Positions 41,996 to 55,714 of a DNA stretch of 64,000 nucleotides are shown piece after piece (position 1 is the stretch's first letter; the number at the start of each line of letters is the position of its first letter). The DNA is from Octopus vulgaris. Taxonomy: Eukaryota. Where the stretch lies: assembly GCA_951406725.2 (NCBI GenBank), contig OX597816.1:32674001-32738000 (forward strand), in the 5' to 3' direction. The notes under the pieces are model-generated. The model did no database searches. It was given only the letters and a program-made list of their open reading frames with translations, and had not been told where the DNA came from. Position numbers and translations under genes: made by a program.

Positions 41996-42399
41996 GTTTC
42001 ATTAATTAAGAAATATTTCGTATTAAAGTTTGTAAACAAATCTCCCTGAATCTCACGAAACCTTCTTGAAGAATATAGGATTTGATTTTTCACAAATTCG
42101 AGAATGCGAATCTTAATTCCAAAATTTTTCGTATTTTTCACAGCTGTTCGATTATTTCATCAAATACCGAGCTTCAGAAAGGAACAGTGGTCGTCATCTC
42201 TTTAGCAACGCCCTACATTTTTGAATGTCCTTTCTTTCTTCGATATTACCGGTAATGTGATAGGGTAATACAAATCTATGATCTAATTTTGTTTGAGTAC
42301 TCTATAGTATCTGGTCTTCGTGAATAGTATTATTAATCTTTGAGATAGTATGACATAGAATTATAAAATGTTTATTATCTTACAATATATCTGCCTTGT

Positions 42400-42637
42400 A
42401 TTTATGCTTATTCATCTCAATCGAAGGAGAGGAGCTTTCTCCGTCCGGGTTGCGGTACGTGGAATAAGCTGCCGGACGAGATAGTGAAGATGCCGACGTC
42501 CGCTCGGTTCAAAGTCTCTCTTGACCAGAAATGGCCTGAACTCATTGCATGAACACCCTCCCTGTACATAACTCCGTATCCTCCTACATGTCCTTGCTTT
42601 TGCTTTTTGAGCCAAAACATTAACTTAACTTAACTTA
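42400..42637 (+). mobile_element. 3' end of a CR1-clade LINE
   Basis: HLNRRRGAFSVRV (frameshift) WNKLPDEIV...FKVSLD..W is the CR1 ORF2 C-terminus. The element ends in a (TTAAC)n tail. Confidence 0.85.
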
Positions 42638-43609
42638 TACTTCCAATTCGCACATTTGACTGACATCCGAAGACACTCCTTTACGATCGTAGATATGAGT
42701 ACTCTTAATACACATTTTGTACTAGTTTACCGCATTCAAATAAAATATGTTTATCCTTTCAAGTATGTGTTTACTCTTTGAGCTTAACGAATCATAGCCA
42801 CTATGAAATTCGTTGCCATACCTTGCTCCTGAGTTGCTATAAGCAGCGATTCATTTCGTCACGTAACTCCTTAATTTTTCAACTGTTTGACCGACTGGAG
42901 ATATGTATTGTGAGTAAATTCCTGGTTCTTTTATCGAAGCTGTGTATGTCTAACTTTGGAAAGAATCTGATTATGCTCATATTGTCATTGTCCATGTATT
43001 TAGTTTTTGATAATATTGTCGATATCAATTTTCTTTGATACACCTTTCTAATTCTTCTCTCGTAAGTTTGGAAGAATACAAGTGTCGTCCTTCAGTACAT
43101 CGGTTTATCCCTCCATCTTTCTCAAAGACCTAAGAGCAACCACTTGGCACACATTCAGAATTGAAAAGTTGTCTTCATGATAGATATTTCATTCAATACC
43201 CAGAAACTGCATGCGAATCTCTTTTCTGAATATTCTAAAAAATAGATTCAGTGTATCAAAACATTTCAATATATTCTATAGTCTTTGAGGTCATCAACGT
43301 ATCATCATCAGCAACCTCATCATAATCACCATCAGAATAATCATTATCTTATTTCATTTTTGATTTTATTATTAATATTATAGGCTGTGAAGTGGCAGAG
43401 ATGTTAGGGAGGCAGACAATGTTTTGCGTTATTGTTTCTAAATATCCCACGGAAAACATTGCAATTCATCATTTTCGTTGAAAAGTGTGTCGGTGAAGGT
43501 AATGGCTGTTTATTTTATTTTCATTTATTTATGTTTTTTGTACGTGCCTGCCTTTGAATTAATAAATTATTAGGTGAATCACCAGCTTTCAGTGAGAATC
43601 TGTACACAC

Positions 43610-43643
<34 letters not shown>

Positions 43644-44000
43644 GTGTGTGTATGTGTGTGTGAAGTGTCTCTTTGTGTCTCTATGTGTGTGTATGAATAA
43701 TGTATTTAGCACACATTATCAGGAATATCTTAGAAAAATCTGAGTGAATCATATGTGCTATAAAATAAATATATATATATATATATATATACATTTTTTT
43801 TTATTATTCAGAAGAGCCAGCAGAACTGCTACATAATCTAATTTGAATGGAAATATATACTCAAAGTGATATTCAAAACACAAATTTTTGAAAGTGCTGA
43901 TATTAGCATAAATGGCATAAATGTAAGTCATATAAATTTTCTTACCTTGGATTCTTCTCTGAAATTTGTGAGGGTCAATATCAATTAAGAAAACGCTAAC

Positions 44001-44069
<69 letters not shown>

Positions 44070-44089
44070 CATGTATGTATGTATGTATG

Positions 44090-44121
<32 letters not shown>

Positions 44122-44201
44122 TATATATATATATATATTCATATATACATGTATATATTCATATATATATATATTTATCTATATATATATATATTTATAT
44201 A

Positions 44202-44231
44202 AACAATAATAATAATAATAATAACAATAAC

Positions 44232-44277
<46 letters not shown>

Positions 44278-44279
44278 TC

Positions 44280-44317
<38 letters not shown>

Positions 44318-44338
44318 CAATAATAATAATAGTAAAGC

Positions 44339-44388
<50 letters not shown>
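44202..44388. repeat. (AAT)n(GAT)n microsatellite
   Basis: Direct observation. Confidence 0.95.
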
Positions 44389-44481
44389 TGACAATAAAAG
44401 AATGAATGAGACCTCAATAGAATGTAAATACAGGAAATGATCTACAAACATAATATAGGACAATAAGTTAGTTGTCATAAA

Positions 44482-44538
44482 AATAATCAGCGTTTCAAAT
44501 GTCGGGGTTAAACGCTACTCGACATTTCATCAGTTATT
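44482..44538 (-). ncRNA. Hammerhead-like motif
   Basis: Minus strand reads AATAA-CTGATGA-AATGTCG(15 nt)CGACATT-T-GAAAC-GCTGA-TTATT. Stem II is 7 bp and the cleavage triplet is degenerate. Confidence 0.55.
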
Positions 44539-44770
44539 AAGACAAAACATATGATGCAATTTATAAGGATAGAGAAGGTGCGTCCATAGTTCTGTGTTTC
44601 AGGATATTTTGTCAAGACACACATAAGAGTAGGGTTTCGCTTCGTCAGGGAGAGCGTGGAAATTGGTTTTTGTACGTTTGGGCTCTCTGAAGCTATATAC
44701 TCGGAAGTTATCCAGGTCAGTAGAGGAGATCAAAACGCGCACATGCAAATATATATATCGTCACACATAC

Positions 44771-44876
<106 letters not shown>

Positions 44877-47209
44877 TTGCTGTGTTTACGTGCAAGCTGG
44901 CATATATCTATGTATGTGGATGTGTGGTATCGTTGTAAGTTTAAAATATTCCTTATACATGTTTTATACACATGTTGCATATGATAGTTTTAAAACCGTA
45001 GTAAATATATTCATGATTATATACAAAATCAATTACATTACATATCAGTTTTTGTTATATCATTAAGAGAAATCTCAGGACAATTACTTTTTTTATGTTA
45101 GAAAGTAGTTGTTTCTCATCACCTATAAAACATAATATTTTCGCGATAAAATCTGCAAAACTAGGGACGACTCGGATCATGAATCGAAAAATTAATAACG
45201 AAATTTAACGTTTTCGAGTCGTAACATAATTTGCGTAGTTAACATTATGTAAATGATAGTTCATAAACATAATCCATGATCAGTGATTTCTTAAAGATAC
45301 GTGAATAAAGAATATTCAGAAGGCAAGTTTAGGAATTCATTCAGTAGGGTAATGAGCACTAGTAAGAGGTAGTAAGGAAAATCTTGTATATTAATGGGAA
45401 ACACATAGACGTGTACGCGAGGCAGGAAAAATCGCATGACTTACTATATACGCTGAGGTTTATATGAAACAATGTGGCAGCTGATATTAATCAAATGAAT
45501 GACGTGTAGTTGGAGGTGACCACAGAAATTATGACATGTCGAAGATGTTGCTTCTATTCCGTGAAATCTACAAATGTTCAAGTTATTCCAAAAAGGCGCG
45601 TGCTACTGCCGGGGGCGGGGCGTTACTACTTGTATCATCATGCCGCCAGCTCTGATTGGGGAGATCTTGTAAACGCAGAACGTAGCTAAGCCACAGCAAC
45701 AGAATAAATGTTTCCTGTCTCACTACAAATTATTTACTCATAATTCTTCTTTTCCTTATAAAAGAGTCTAAGTTTATTGCACAGTATTATATAATTATAT
45801 TATCCATAATTGGGACTTCAAAATATTATACTATATTTGTATAATCTAACTTAATAATATTGGCACCTGTAATGTTTTTCCCTAGTTCACACGTAATGAA
45901 TTTTCTTTTTTCTTTATGGATAATTATCCTAATCTGTTTTTCTTCCAGCTGATCCATAACCGAATTAACACATATAATATTCTTGTGGCAACGTTGATAT
46001 TTTATCACGATTCCTAGTGCTGAACAACATCTCATTATGTTAAATATTATAAACTAAAAAATGGGTATACATTTTGCTGTTACGAAACATTACACAAATT
46101 TTTGCTTGGAACCTAATGACACTTTCTCGAAATTTTCTGCAACATCAGAAAATCTATCATGATTTACGCATTCATATCAGTTAACTACCCCCATAGTAAG
46201 TATTAAACACGTTTTGATTTTGTCTTTCTATAATTAATTTTCTTCTTTTGTGGCTTTTGTATATTTTTTTCTCCTCTTAATGAAGAACTTAGCTCACTTA
46301 TTTTCAAACTTAATCAACCACATTGAAAATGATTTCTCATAATCTGTTGCCGTTTGAAGTTGGTCATTTGGTTTTTTCTCTGTGCCTCTTATTTGGATCT
46401 GTTAATTATAAATGAAAGAGCTAAATTTATAGGATAAATCAATTATCCTAATGTTCTCAAGGATGAATATAAGAAATATATAACTCTTATTTATTAAGAT
46501 ATGCACTCTCCCACCCTCTCTTCGCGTATATATATATATATGTATATATATATTATATACACACGCACAAATATATACATACATATATATGTTTTATATT
46601 TGTATGCATGGAGCGAAACAGAGAGATAGGGGTGGAGGGGTGATATGAGAGAGTATGTGTATATTTCGGTGAGATGAGATTACATTTGGGGCTATATTTC
46701 AAATGTCTTCGAAGTCTTTTGAAATATAATTTGCAGAATAATTCGAAGACTTTTGAAATGTAACCCCAAATGCTATTGATAGAATTATATGCATGTTCAC
46801 TTTCATGCGGACGTCTCATGTATAGTGTTTTGCAAATTATATTTTGCTATGAGTTTCAACTGACGATTTGCGGACATCTACGTAAGTAATTATGCATGTG
46901 GTAACAACGAAAGCGGGTTTGTGATTAATCTGTATATTTTGTATCTTTTCATTTGTCTTGCTCGCTTGCGTTCTGGTGTTTGCTTAATTTTCTAGAGAGC
47001 ATTCCTTTCTTAGTGGTAAAACCATAAGGAGTCGACTTCTAGCGTAACAGATGTCCACTTAGTGGTCATCCCACTTATATGTATCTAATATAACTTTCTT
47101 GAATCTACAGGTTTTTCTATATGCTAGACCACTGGTTTTAAATTGATTTTAATCAAATTAATATTCGATTTTTCACCCATATCATTTAAAATTTATATTA
47201 TATTATATC

Positions 47210-47256
<47 letters not shown>

Positions 47257-47335
47257 TATATAATAAATCTCTGAGTGAGAAGTATACAGTAGCAGCACAC
47301 AATCGTGATGTATATTTGCCACTTGGCATAAAGCC

Positions 47336-47857
47336 GGGTTTGTGTGTATCACGTAAGGCTACAGATAATTTCCCTTTGCAAATAATTATCGAACACAGAC
47401 ACTGTTTTGTTAGCTTGCTGGAGGAGATGTCTTCCTGGGGCTATAAACAACAGTAGCATCATCTCTTATGGTTTGGCCACTTTTAGGAGGCAAATATTCT
47501 TCACGATCCCGTGCAGCTACTATTGACTTGTCGCTCAGAGATTTGTTATTACATATTTCTCTTCTATCGAGATCAGCAACAATTTGTCACTGGAAAAGCA
47601 TATATATTTTTGTGCATTCGAAATGAATTCATATCGCTGGCTGGTGATTATCATACACTGATGACGATTTACTACCCAGAATCCCTGGTTTGTGTGCATC
47701 ACGTAAGGCTAGAGATAGGATCTATGATTTCCGATCGCAAATACTAATCACATACGGACGATGTGTCGTATGCGAGCTGGAGGTGATGTTTTTCTGGGTC
47801 TATAGACAATAGTAACATGCTCGCCTACGGGTCCTACTCATGTAGGTGGCAAATATG
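47336..47857. repeat. Diverged tandem duplication, period about 350 bp
   Basis: GGTTTGTGTG.ATCACGTAAGGCTA.AGATA...GCTGGAGG.GATGT...GGCAAATAT at 47336-47498 and 47686-47857. Confidence 0.8.
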
Positions 47858-47858
47858 G

Positions 47859-47942
<84 letters not shown>

Positions 47943-47988
47943 TATTATATGATTGAACGGTACGCATCCACTTCCAAGTAAATATTAT

Positions 47989-48061
<73 letters not shown>

Positions 48062-48159
48062 GCTATATGTGACAGTTCCATGAAAGGGAAGAATGCTGGT
48101 GCAATTTAGTCATGAGAAACACCGTTTCCAATTGACCGAGACACGCAGCAAAGCTAGCA

Positions 48160-48202
48160 TCTAGAGACTAGTTTCAGAGTCAGCGGTCATCATCAGTCTG
48201 GA
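48160..48202 (-). ncRNA. Hammerhead-like motif
   Basis: Minus strand reads TCCAGA-CTGATGA-TGACCGCTGACTCT-GAAAC-TA-GTC-TCTAGA. Intact core, ACTAGT palindrome and GUC triplet; stem II is decayed. Confidence 0.6.
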
Positions 48203-48301
48203 GTAGCATCCCTGACGATGCTTCTTCGCCCTTATATGTGTGTGTGTGTGTGCGCGGGTGCGTGTGTGTGTGTGTGCGCGCGTGCGTGTGTGTGTGTGTG
48301 T

Positions 48302-48508
48302 GTAACGGGAAGATTTACGAAACTAAAGAAAAGACGAGGCAGGTGGAGTACAAACAAACAAATGTATTTGTATGGCGGTCAGGAATAGAAATAAAACAAG
48401 TATTTTACCTTTCGAGCCTACGCTCTTCGGCAGAAAGATACACAGAAATAAACAAGGAGAGAAACAAGGAGAGAAAAAAATGCGTGTATGAGCTAACGAT
48501 CTATCATG
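48302..48508 (-). mobile_element. PLE pLTR fragment (family of 10205) next to (TG)n, hammerhead variant at 48402-48437
   Basis: Aligns with 10207-10381. Confidence 0.75.
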
Positions 48509-49362
48509 AGACAGTAGAATGTATTCGTGATCAGAGTTGTTCGAAAACCGAGGCATTACTGTGCATATATATATATATAAAGAGATAGACAAACAGACAA
48601 CCTGACTGACACACATATATACCTCTGTGCATACACACGTACACATATATGCATGTGTACATATACATGTTCATAAATACAGGCAACTAAACACACATGA
48701 ATAAATGAATACATATTTGGTATGTATACGTCTTTTATAATATAAAAATTGAGATAGAATATTAAAATGTATTTTTTATTTTCCATTTAATGTGCACACC
48801 ATTCTTCAAATACCCTGGTATTCTGCACCGCAACGGATATTTTAATGCTGTTATTCTGTTTGCTATCATCGAGATTTGTGCGAATATGTCCAAATAATTT
48901 TCGATTTGATCTCAGCATATTGACATAGTTACAAAATTACACTTCTGTACATTCAAGCAGTAATATAAACTGAAGGTTTCCATGCAAATCTTGTTTATAT
49001 TTCAACAGACCGAAATGTCGACAAATAACTCCTTAATAGACTTTCTGTCAAGATGAGTTATTAGATTTTGTGGTAGAGGCTTAACAAAAATGTATTACCA
49101 GAGAACTTCCAAATTTATATTACTGTCTCCAAATTCAACAAGATAATTCTCAGCACAATCCTCATTATCAGCGGCAATAGCAACTGCATCAATAACAAAT
49201 AACAGAGGCAACAACAACAACAACAGGGAAGGAAGCAGTATTTTCTATTGTGGATCTTTATAGTTAATTTTCACTTCCCCAACACGGTGACATCAAAACT
49301 AATATGTTCTAAAAATTTTCTTCATAACGCAATCTTAAATATAATCACTGTTATCTTCAATT

Positions 49363-49406
49363 CCATCATCATCATCAGCATCATCACGAGCATCATCATC
49401 ATCATC

Positions 49407-49474
<68 letters not shown>

Positions 49475-49490
49475 TATCATCAACATCAAC
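49363..49490. repeat. (CAT)n microsatellite
   Basis: Direct observation. Confidence 0.95.
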
Positions 49491-50345
49491 AGTAGCAACA
49501 ATAGCAATGTGTGTATGTATGTATGTATGTATGTATGTATGCATGTACATACGCATAGCTCAATGATTAGAACGTCAGGCCCACATTTACAAATGAGCTT
49601 CGGCGTCACTGGTGCCATGCTGTTTCGATATTTGTCTTTCTCTCGGAAAATAACTGAGGCGTGATTAGAGGTGACAAAAAAACAAAAAAACTTGCCCAGA
49701 TTTGTGCCTTCGAGGGTAACTTTCTAACTGGATCCCGTAGTCATTCAATACCTGTAGATGTCCCACTTTTCTCTCTCTCTCTCTCTCCATATATATATTT
49801 TTTCTCTCTCTTCTCCCCCCAATGGTGCCTTCGTACCTCTTTTCTCTCTCTCTCTCTTTGATTCCTTTGTCCCCTTTTTTTCTCTCTCTTCTCCTCTCAC
49901 CTGACTGCTGGTTAACCAGCCTTTCGGCTTCTAACCAGCCTTTCGGCTTCTAACCAGCGCCACGAGAACATCGTTGTCTTCGTCTGCCGAAAAAGGCATT
50001 TTTTTCCAAATAAGTTGTACTGTCTATAAACTAAGTTGTACTGTTTTTGTCCTTTTAATACTATTATTGTTTCTTGTATTTATATTCGGGTGGCATCGTC
50101 CGTTTTTTCTTCCTTGTTTCGTATACATTCGATCCCTTTTCCTAGAAATCTAATGCTCGTAGCTTAGTTTTTCCTTGGGGCTGGCCGGATCGGAGCGATC
50201 TCAAGATTAATGAGCCGAAATTGCGAGGATGATCCGGTTCTTGACTGAAGATTGAAGACTTCGAATGTCCCGTCCGTGTTTTTTGTATCGTCTTCAAAAT
50301 GTTTTACGTTCTTGTCCCAGTTTGTATTTTTCTACATATAATATA

Positions 50346-50380
<35 letters not shown>

Positions 50381-50384
<4 letters not shown>

Positions 50385-51149
50385 CGGAGATGTTCTCGCA
50401 TAGCAAGTAATTTGATATGAGATCGTGTGCTGAAACGAAAACAATTGCAACGTGGAAGGTGTTTATAAGCCATTTAAGAAACACACAAAAGCCGTTCGAT
50501 TCACTTCAACATTTAAGTTTAATTTGTCAAAATATTTTCGTGGCTAAAATCCGCGACCTGTTCACTAACAAAGTCCGTGCTGCATCTAAGAAAGTAACAG
50601 TTAGTTCGTCATATATATGTACGTATGTATGTTTGTATGTATGCATACATGTGTGTATGTATGTACGTATGCATGTACGCACATACGCCTATGTATGCAT
50701 GTATGTATGTATGTATGTATGTGTGTGTATATGCACGCACATACACTCTATAAAACATAAAGCCATAAACCTGTAGCGATGGATGGATCGCTACAGGTTT
50801 ATGGCTTTATGTTTTATAGAGTGTATGTGCGTGCATATAAACACACATACATATATACATACATACATACATACATACATACATACATGCATACACAGGC
50901 GTATGTGCGTACATGCATACGTACATACATACACACATGTATGCATACATACACACATACATACGTACATATATATATGACGAAGTAACTGTTACTTTCT
51001 TAGATGCAGCACGGACTTTGTCAGTGAACAGGTCGCGGATTTTAGCGACGAGAATATTTTGACAAATTAAACTTAAATGTTGAAGTGAATCGAACGGCTT
51101 TTGTGTGTTTCTTAAATGGCTTATAAACACCTTCCACGCTGCAATTGTT
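50381..51149. repeat. About 350-bp near-perfect inverted repeat with a 6-nt spacer in (TA)n; arms carry G3:C8 hammerhead variants
   Basis: Arms 50440-50780 and 50787-51149 with spacer GGATGG. Mirrored ORFs [18 protein letters not shown]. Motifs at 50523-50572 (-) and 51017-51066 (+). Confidence 0.95.
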
Positions 51150-51150
51150 G

Positions 51151-51214
<64 letters not shown>

Positions 51215-51315
51215 TATATATATATATGTGTATATATATATACATATACATATATATATATATAGTTACATATATGTATATATATGTACATGTACATACA
51301 TATATATATACACAC

Positions 51316-51357
<42 letters not shown>

Positions 51358-51484
51358 ATATATATATATATATATATAATTACATATACGTATCTATGTA
51401 TTTGTATATGCATCATTATGATTGTGTATGTATGTATATTTATATATACATACAAACACACATATATATGTATACATTCATATA

Positions 51485-52282
51485 CGAGGGGTTACGAAAA
51501 ATAAACCGGAATTTTGCAGTATTATTTAGTTCAATTAGTTTTACATGTTTAAGCTTTTACCGCCTTCAAAGTATTCTCCATTTCAAGCAATACATCGGTG
51601 GACGTAATCGAAGCTGTGCTTTATCTCTTGCGATGTGATGCCTCCATCGTTCATTTCTTCACCACTTCCACATCTTCGATATCCAAAGCAACTGCTTTCA
51701 CCACCAGTAAATAAAGATACGTATCAAATTCCAACTCATTTTCAGTTCACGACACGCATTTAAGCGAGACAAGTTGAGATCGTCAGTGAGCAAGCGAGGC
51801 ATAAATTTTGCTGCAGCTCATTTTATTTGCTCAAAATACGCTGGCAAAATCTGCAAGATGTACTTTTTATATCAAAAATTCGTCAAATATTCAGTTCATG
51901 AATTCTCATTGTTTAATCCCTTCGAACTGTCGACGTTTGTCTTGGAAGAGGCTGGTTATCGAGCGAGAAGTAACTATTCCTAAATTGCTAAAACCACTCG
52001 TAATCTTGCGTTTTGCTAATAACAGCGCCATCGTTTCCGAGCCAAAAAAAAAACTCACGGAGGCACGCTGTTTTTTCGTTTCAGTCATCGCAAGAAATGA
52101 CGACCAAGGGAGATGATCTGCGAAACCAAGGTAAACTATATGGCAGTACGACTCTCACTGAGCACAACTGTCGTGAGAGAGAGACTTGAGGGTAGCATCA
52201 AGTGGATTCTCGCAGCAGAGAACGGAACTCTAAGTGGTTTGTCACATAGAGAATATTCGGGTCAATCTTTAGTACCCCCACG
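51485..52282 (-). mobile_element. Internally deleted mariner element with TIRs and TA TSD
   Basis: Left TA|CGAGGGGTTACGAAAAATAAACCGGAATTTT versus right (reverse complement) TA|CGTGGGGGTACTAAAGATTGACCCGAATATT. N-terminus MTETKKQRASV.F and C-terminus CIA*NGEYFEG. Confidence 0.8.
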
Positions 52283-52294
52283 TATATACATACA

Positions 52295-52460
52295 TGGATA
52301 CTTTTTTTTACGTCCGTCTTTTTCCTTTTCTATTGGACTCTGCTCTCTGTCTGAAGAAGAGCTTTGCTCGGAATGTAAAACCACCTTTCTTTCCTTCCCT
52401 GAGCGACTGCTAATGCTTTACATGTACCACGTTCTCACGTTGTTGTTCTCTTTGTGATTG
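52295..52460 (+). mobile_element. PLE pLTR fragment with a hammerhead-like motif at ~52347-52381
   Basis: CTGAAGA-A-GAGC(TTT)GCTC-GGAATGTA has the same stem II as the 10300/48402 family. Confidence 0.5.
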
Positions 52461-52628
52461 TTCTTCTTTGAGGAGGCGTCTTTTCTTCCAATCTGCGCTC
52501 ACGTCTCGTACATTTATGCAACCTACATGGCGTGTAGACATAAAAGAAACTTACCTTTTGTTTAGATGAAACGGCAGTCCCATATTGTCCTTCATTCCGG
52601 GGCTTGTTGGTTTTCATTAATAAGGCCC

Positions 52629-53700
52629 TCAAAATTTTTTAGAAGAACAACTTTTCCTCAGAGGGCTAGTGTCTTTGAGGAAATCCCTTTTAAGAATTCT
52701 GTAGTTTAAACTATCTATATGGAATATTTTCACATTTTCTGGGGTTTTGTAAATATTATTGTACGATTCCGCTGCGAGAATTTCCTGTAGTTGATGCATA
52801 TGTTTATTATTGTTGGCATTCACAGCCATAATATTGTTGCCTGGTGTGGTTGGAAAGTAGAAGGATGTGCGTATTTGTCTTCTGTGCATGATAGGGTTGT
52901 TTTTTTAAATGTGCCGAGGTTGGTGGGGGTGGATTGGTAATTTTTCCTATTCCTTTTATGGGAGGGATTGTCAATTACACGTCCCCTGCAGTATCATCTT
53001 TCCTAGCTTCCACCCCTGGTGGCTCTGCTTCCAGTTCTGATGTAGGAGCTGCCTAGGCTGTCGTTGAGTGTTTCGTATCATTTCCAGGAGGTGGGGGAGC
53101 CTACTTTTTCTCGGAGGGACGCTTGGAATCTGTCTTATGTGGCCCTTCTGACTATATTTGTAGCATGTGGGCTTCCTCCCCTCGACCATCACTCGAAGCC
53201 AGGTCTACTTCCTTATTTCTATAGTCTCCAAAATTTGCTCTAAGTCAGGAGTGGTCGCTTGTAACAACATCTCAAGCCACTTTTGCTGCCTTATTTTGAC
53301 TGCCTGGGGGATGGAAATTTGATTTTCCAGAGCCATCGCATGTGCAGCCACCAACCATCCAACGTCAACCTCTGGATGGATTTTTCCTACCCTTATCCTA
53401 GAATTGCATCTTCCAAGATGTGTGGGTAGGTGGACTACCTCAGCAGATTTCGTGAAGGCCGTGGAATGCAACCTGGCCTTTTCTTGAGATTTGAACCTCC
53501 CTTCGGTAGTTTCATATCTCTTTCTCTTCGCCAAGTAGGCGACATCTTGCCATACTAGTATGAGGCATATCTCGACTGCTTCTTTCTAAACTATATCCGA
53601 TTTTTTGCTCTTTATTATTAACGATTTATAATTTATAGTATAATGGGATGCGTCGTACGTCACTTCACTGGGAGGGGTTATTTTCAACTCGTTCCCCTCC
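52629..53700 (-). mobile_element. Degenerate ORF1 (gag-like zinc knuckle) of a Tx1/L1-like LINE
   Basis: VEGRKPTCYKYSQKGHIR is a decayed CX2CX4HX4C knuckle. It is preceded by RIRVGKIHPEVDVGWLVAA. The region is frameshifted. Confidence 0.6.
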
Positions 53701-55480
53701 CTTTGAATCAGTCCTTTATATTTGATTAGTTCTTTTTTCTCAGTATTTATCTCATTCCAGTGTATGCCAGCTGCCGATGCAAAATTTGTCGCATTGCTAT
53801 ATCTTAGATCGACTTTTTATTCCTTCATCATTTCATGTTCGGTAGGGATGTTCAAAATTTGCTTATGTGGTAGTTTCCTCTCTAGAAGAACTACTCATTT
53901 TTCAAAGGATAATTTTTTAGGTGCAAAACACCCAACAAAAATATCGATAATTTCCTCCTTCATACAAGGTGGGGAAACGATCAAAATTCTGCCAAACGCA
54001 GTAAAACAAGGTGTTTTTTTATTTATACAGACAACAAATGGAACAACGGCAACAATTATATTGACAATAACCAGAAACCTACAATGAGATACGTCCAAAA
54101 CACCGTCCAAATTACGAATTCCATGAACGCGATTCAAGTAGATTTTTATACCCATAACCTCACCGACATACACATGGATGTCGGTTTTCATGACAATTGT
54201 TTGCGACTGCCGCCCAAAGCATTCGATGCAGCTGCGTTTTGTCGTCTCGTTTTGGGGCAAGTTAACGGATATCTACAATTTGGGTCTCAGCCATAAACCA
54301 GCGTCTCTTGGAATATTTACACTTACGTCGTCGAAATAAATTTTCAGAATATATCATATAAAAATGACTTTTGAAAAATCGCGTTTCTTTAGCGGTTTAG
54401 TGTTTTTTTGTCATGTATAAATCCAATCGCAACCGCTCCGGGTATATCCGCACTGCGCAATATACATTGTAGGAGTATAACAGTTTCTTACGAGGTGTAA
54501 GTAAGAATATCATGAATGTAAATGTAAGGTAGCAATAGATATATCCGTAATATATGTAAATGAATTTTGTTCTCGCTTTGGCAAAATTCTTTATTATCAA
54601 AGAAAAATATGAACTATATCTAATTATTTTGTATACATCAAAGTATAAGATACACGAAAGTAGTGTTTTAAATGCTAACTAATATTGCAAATAAGTAGTT
54701 CAATATTGTTACGAAGGAATTTTCATATAAAATGTGATATATTATATTGTGACTATAATTATACTTTTGCAAGGCTGGAGAATATCAATGATTAAGCTCT
54801 TAAAGGAAACGTTTCTAAAATGTTTAAAAGATATTTAATTTGAGGTCTGATGGTGTCAGTAGCTTAACATATATTTCTTAATAATTGTGTTAGAATAGTG
54901 GAATGCCTGAGCTATATGAGGTATCTTAGTGGTGACGTATATCAAACAATTCGCTGCGTGAGATTTCGGTTTCTTTACAGGATTTTGTGTCAATAAAACT
55001 ATTACTTCAATATATGTATATAACTATATATATATTGATTTTCCTGTTCCATCGCTGCATTATCTGTATTTCTCTATTATTGATATATATGTCTCACTAT
55101 CTATGTTCCTTTCTTGAAACAAACAGACAAAAACAAATAGTAGGGATTCTCATTACAGTTATTTGGTCATTCTAATTTTAAGGTCGTAGTTTTCCCAATT
55201 TTCTTAGGGATGTAGATGTTTTATTTTGTGGCTCATGTTTTAAGTCACCCTATCTTTATAGAATGGCGTGCTTCTTTGTACGTGACAGACGTTTCAACCG
55301 AGGATGCTATTATTTCTCTCTAAGAAGAATATATGTATGCCAATGTTAAATAAATGTTACAAGAATCCTATAGTGGTTGTGGTAGGCAAATAGTTTGTTT
55401 TTCTGTTAGAGGTATTAAAAATTTATCCAATTTATTCTACATTCCCATAATAGTGGAGAGGATAATATTCTTTGGGCGCA

Positions 55481-55714
55481 GGGCGGCGAGCTGGCAGAAA
55501 CATTAGCACGCCGGGGGAAATGTGTAGCCGTATTTCGTCTGCCGTTGCGTTCTGAGTTCAAATTCTGCCGAGGTCGACTTTGCCTCTCATCTTTTCTGGA
55601 TCGATAAATTAAGTACCACTTACGCCCTGGTGTCAATGTAATCGACTTAATCCCTTTGTCTGTTCTTGTTTGTCCATTCTATGTTTATCCCTTTGTGTGT
55701 AGTAAAGAAATAGA
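55481..55714 (+). mobile_element. Full-length tRNA-derived SINE family A
   Basis: GGCGGCGAGCTGGCAGAAAC..TAGCACG...GAGTTCAAATTC (B box), then GCCGAGGTCGACTTTGCC...GATAAATTAAGTACCA. At least six homologues occur in the window. Confidence 0.9.

Noticed and set aside
43949-43961. Possible 13-nt microexon on the minus strand (TTTCAG...AAG|GTAAGA)
   Set aside because: It is not frame-preserving, no host gene was identified, and such matches are expected by chance in 64 kb.
53722-54296. Overlapping ORFs of 70-121 aa on both strands
   Set aside because: No recognisable motif. Probably decayed transposon sequence, but this cannot be supported from the sequence alone.
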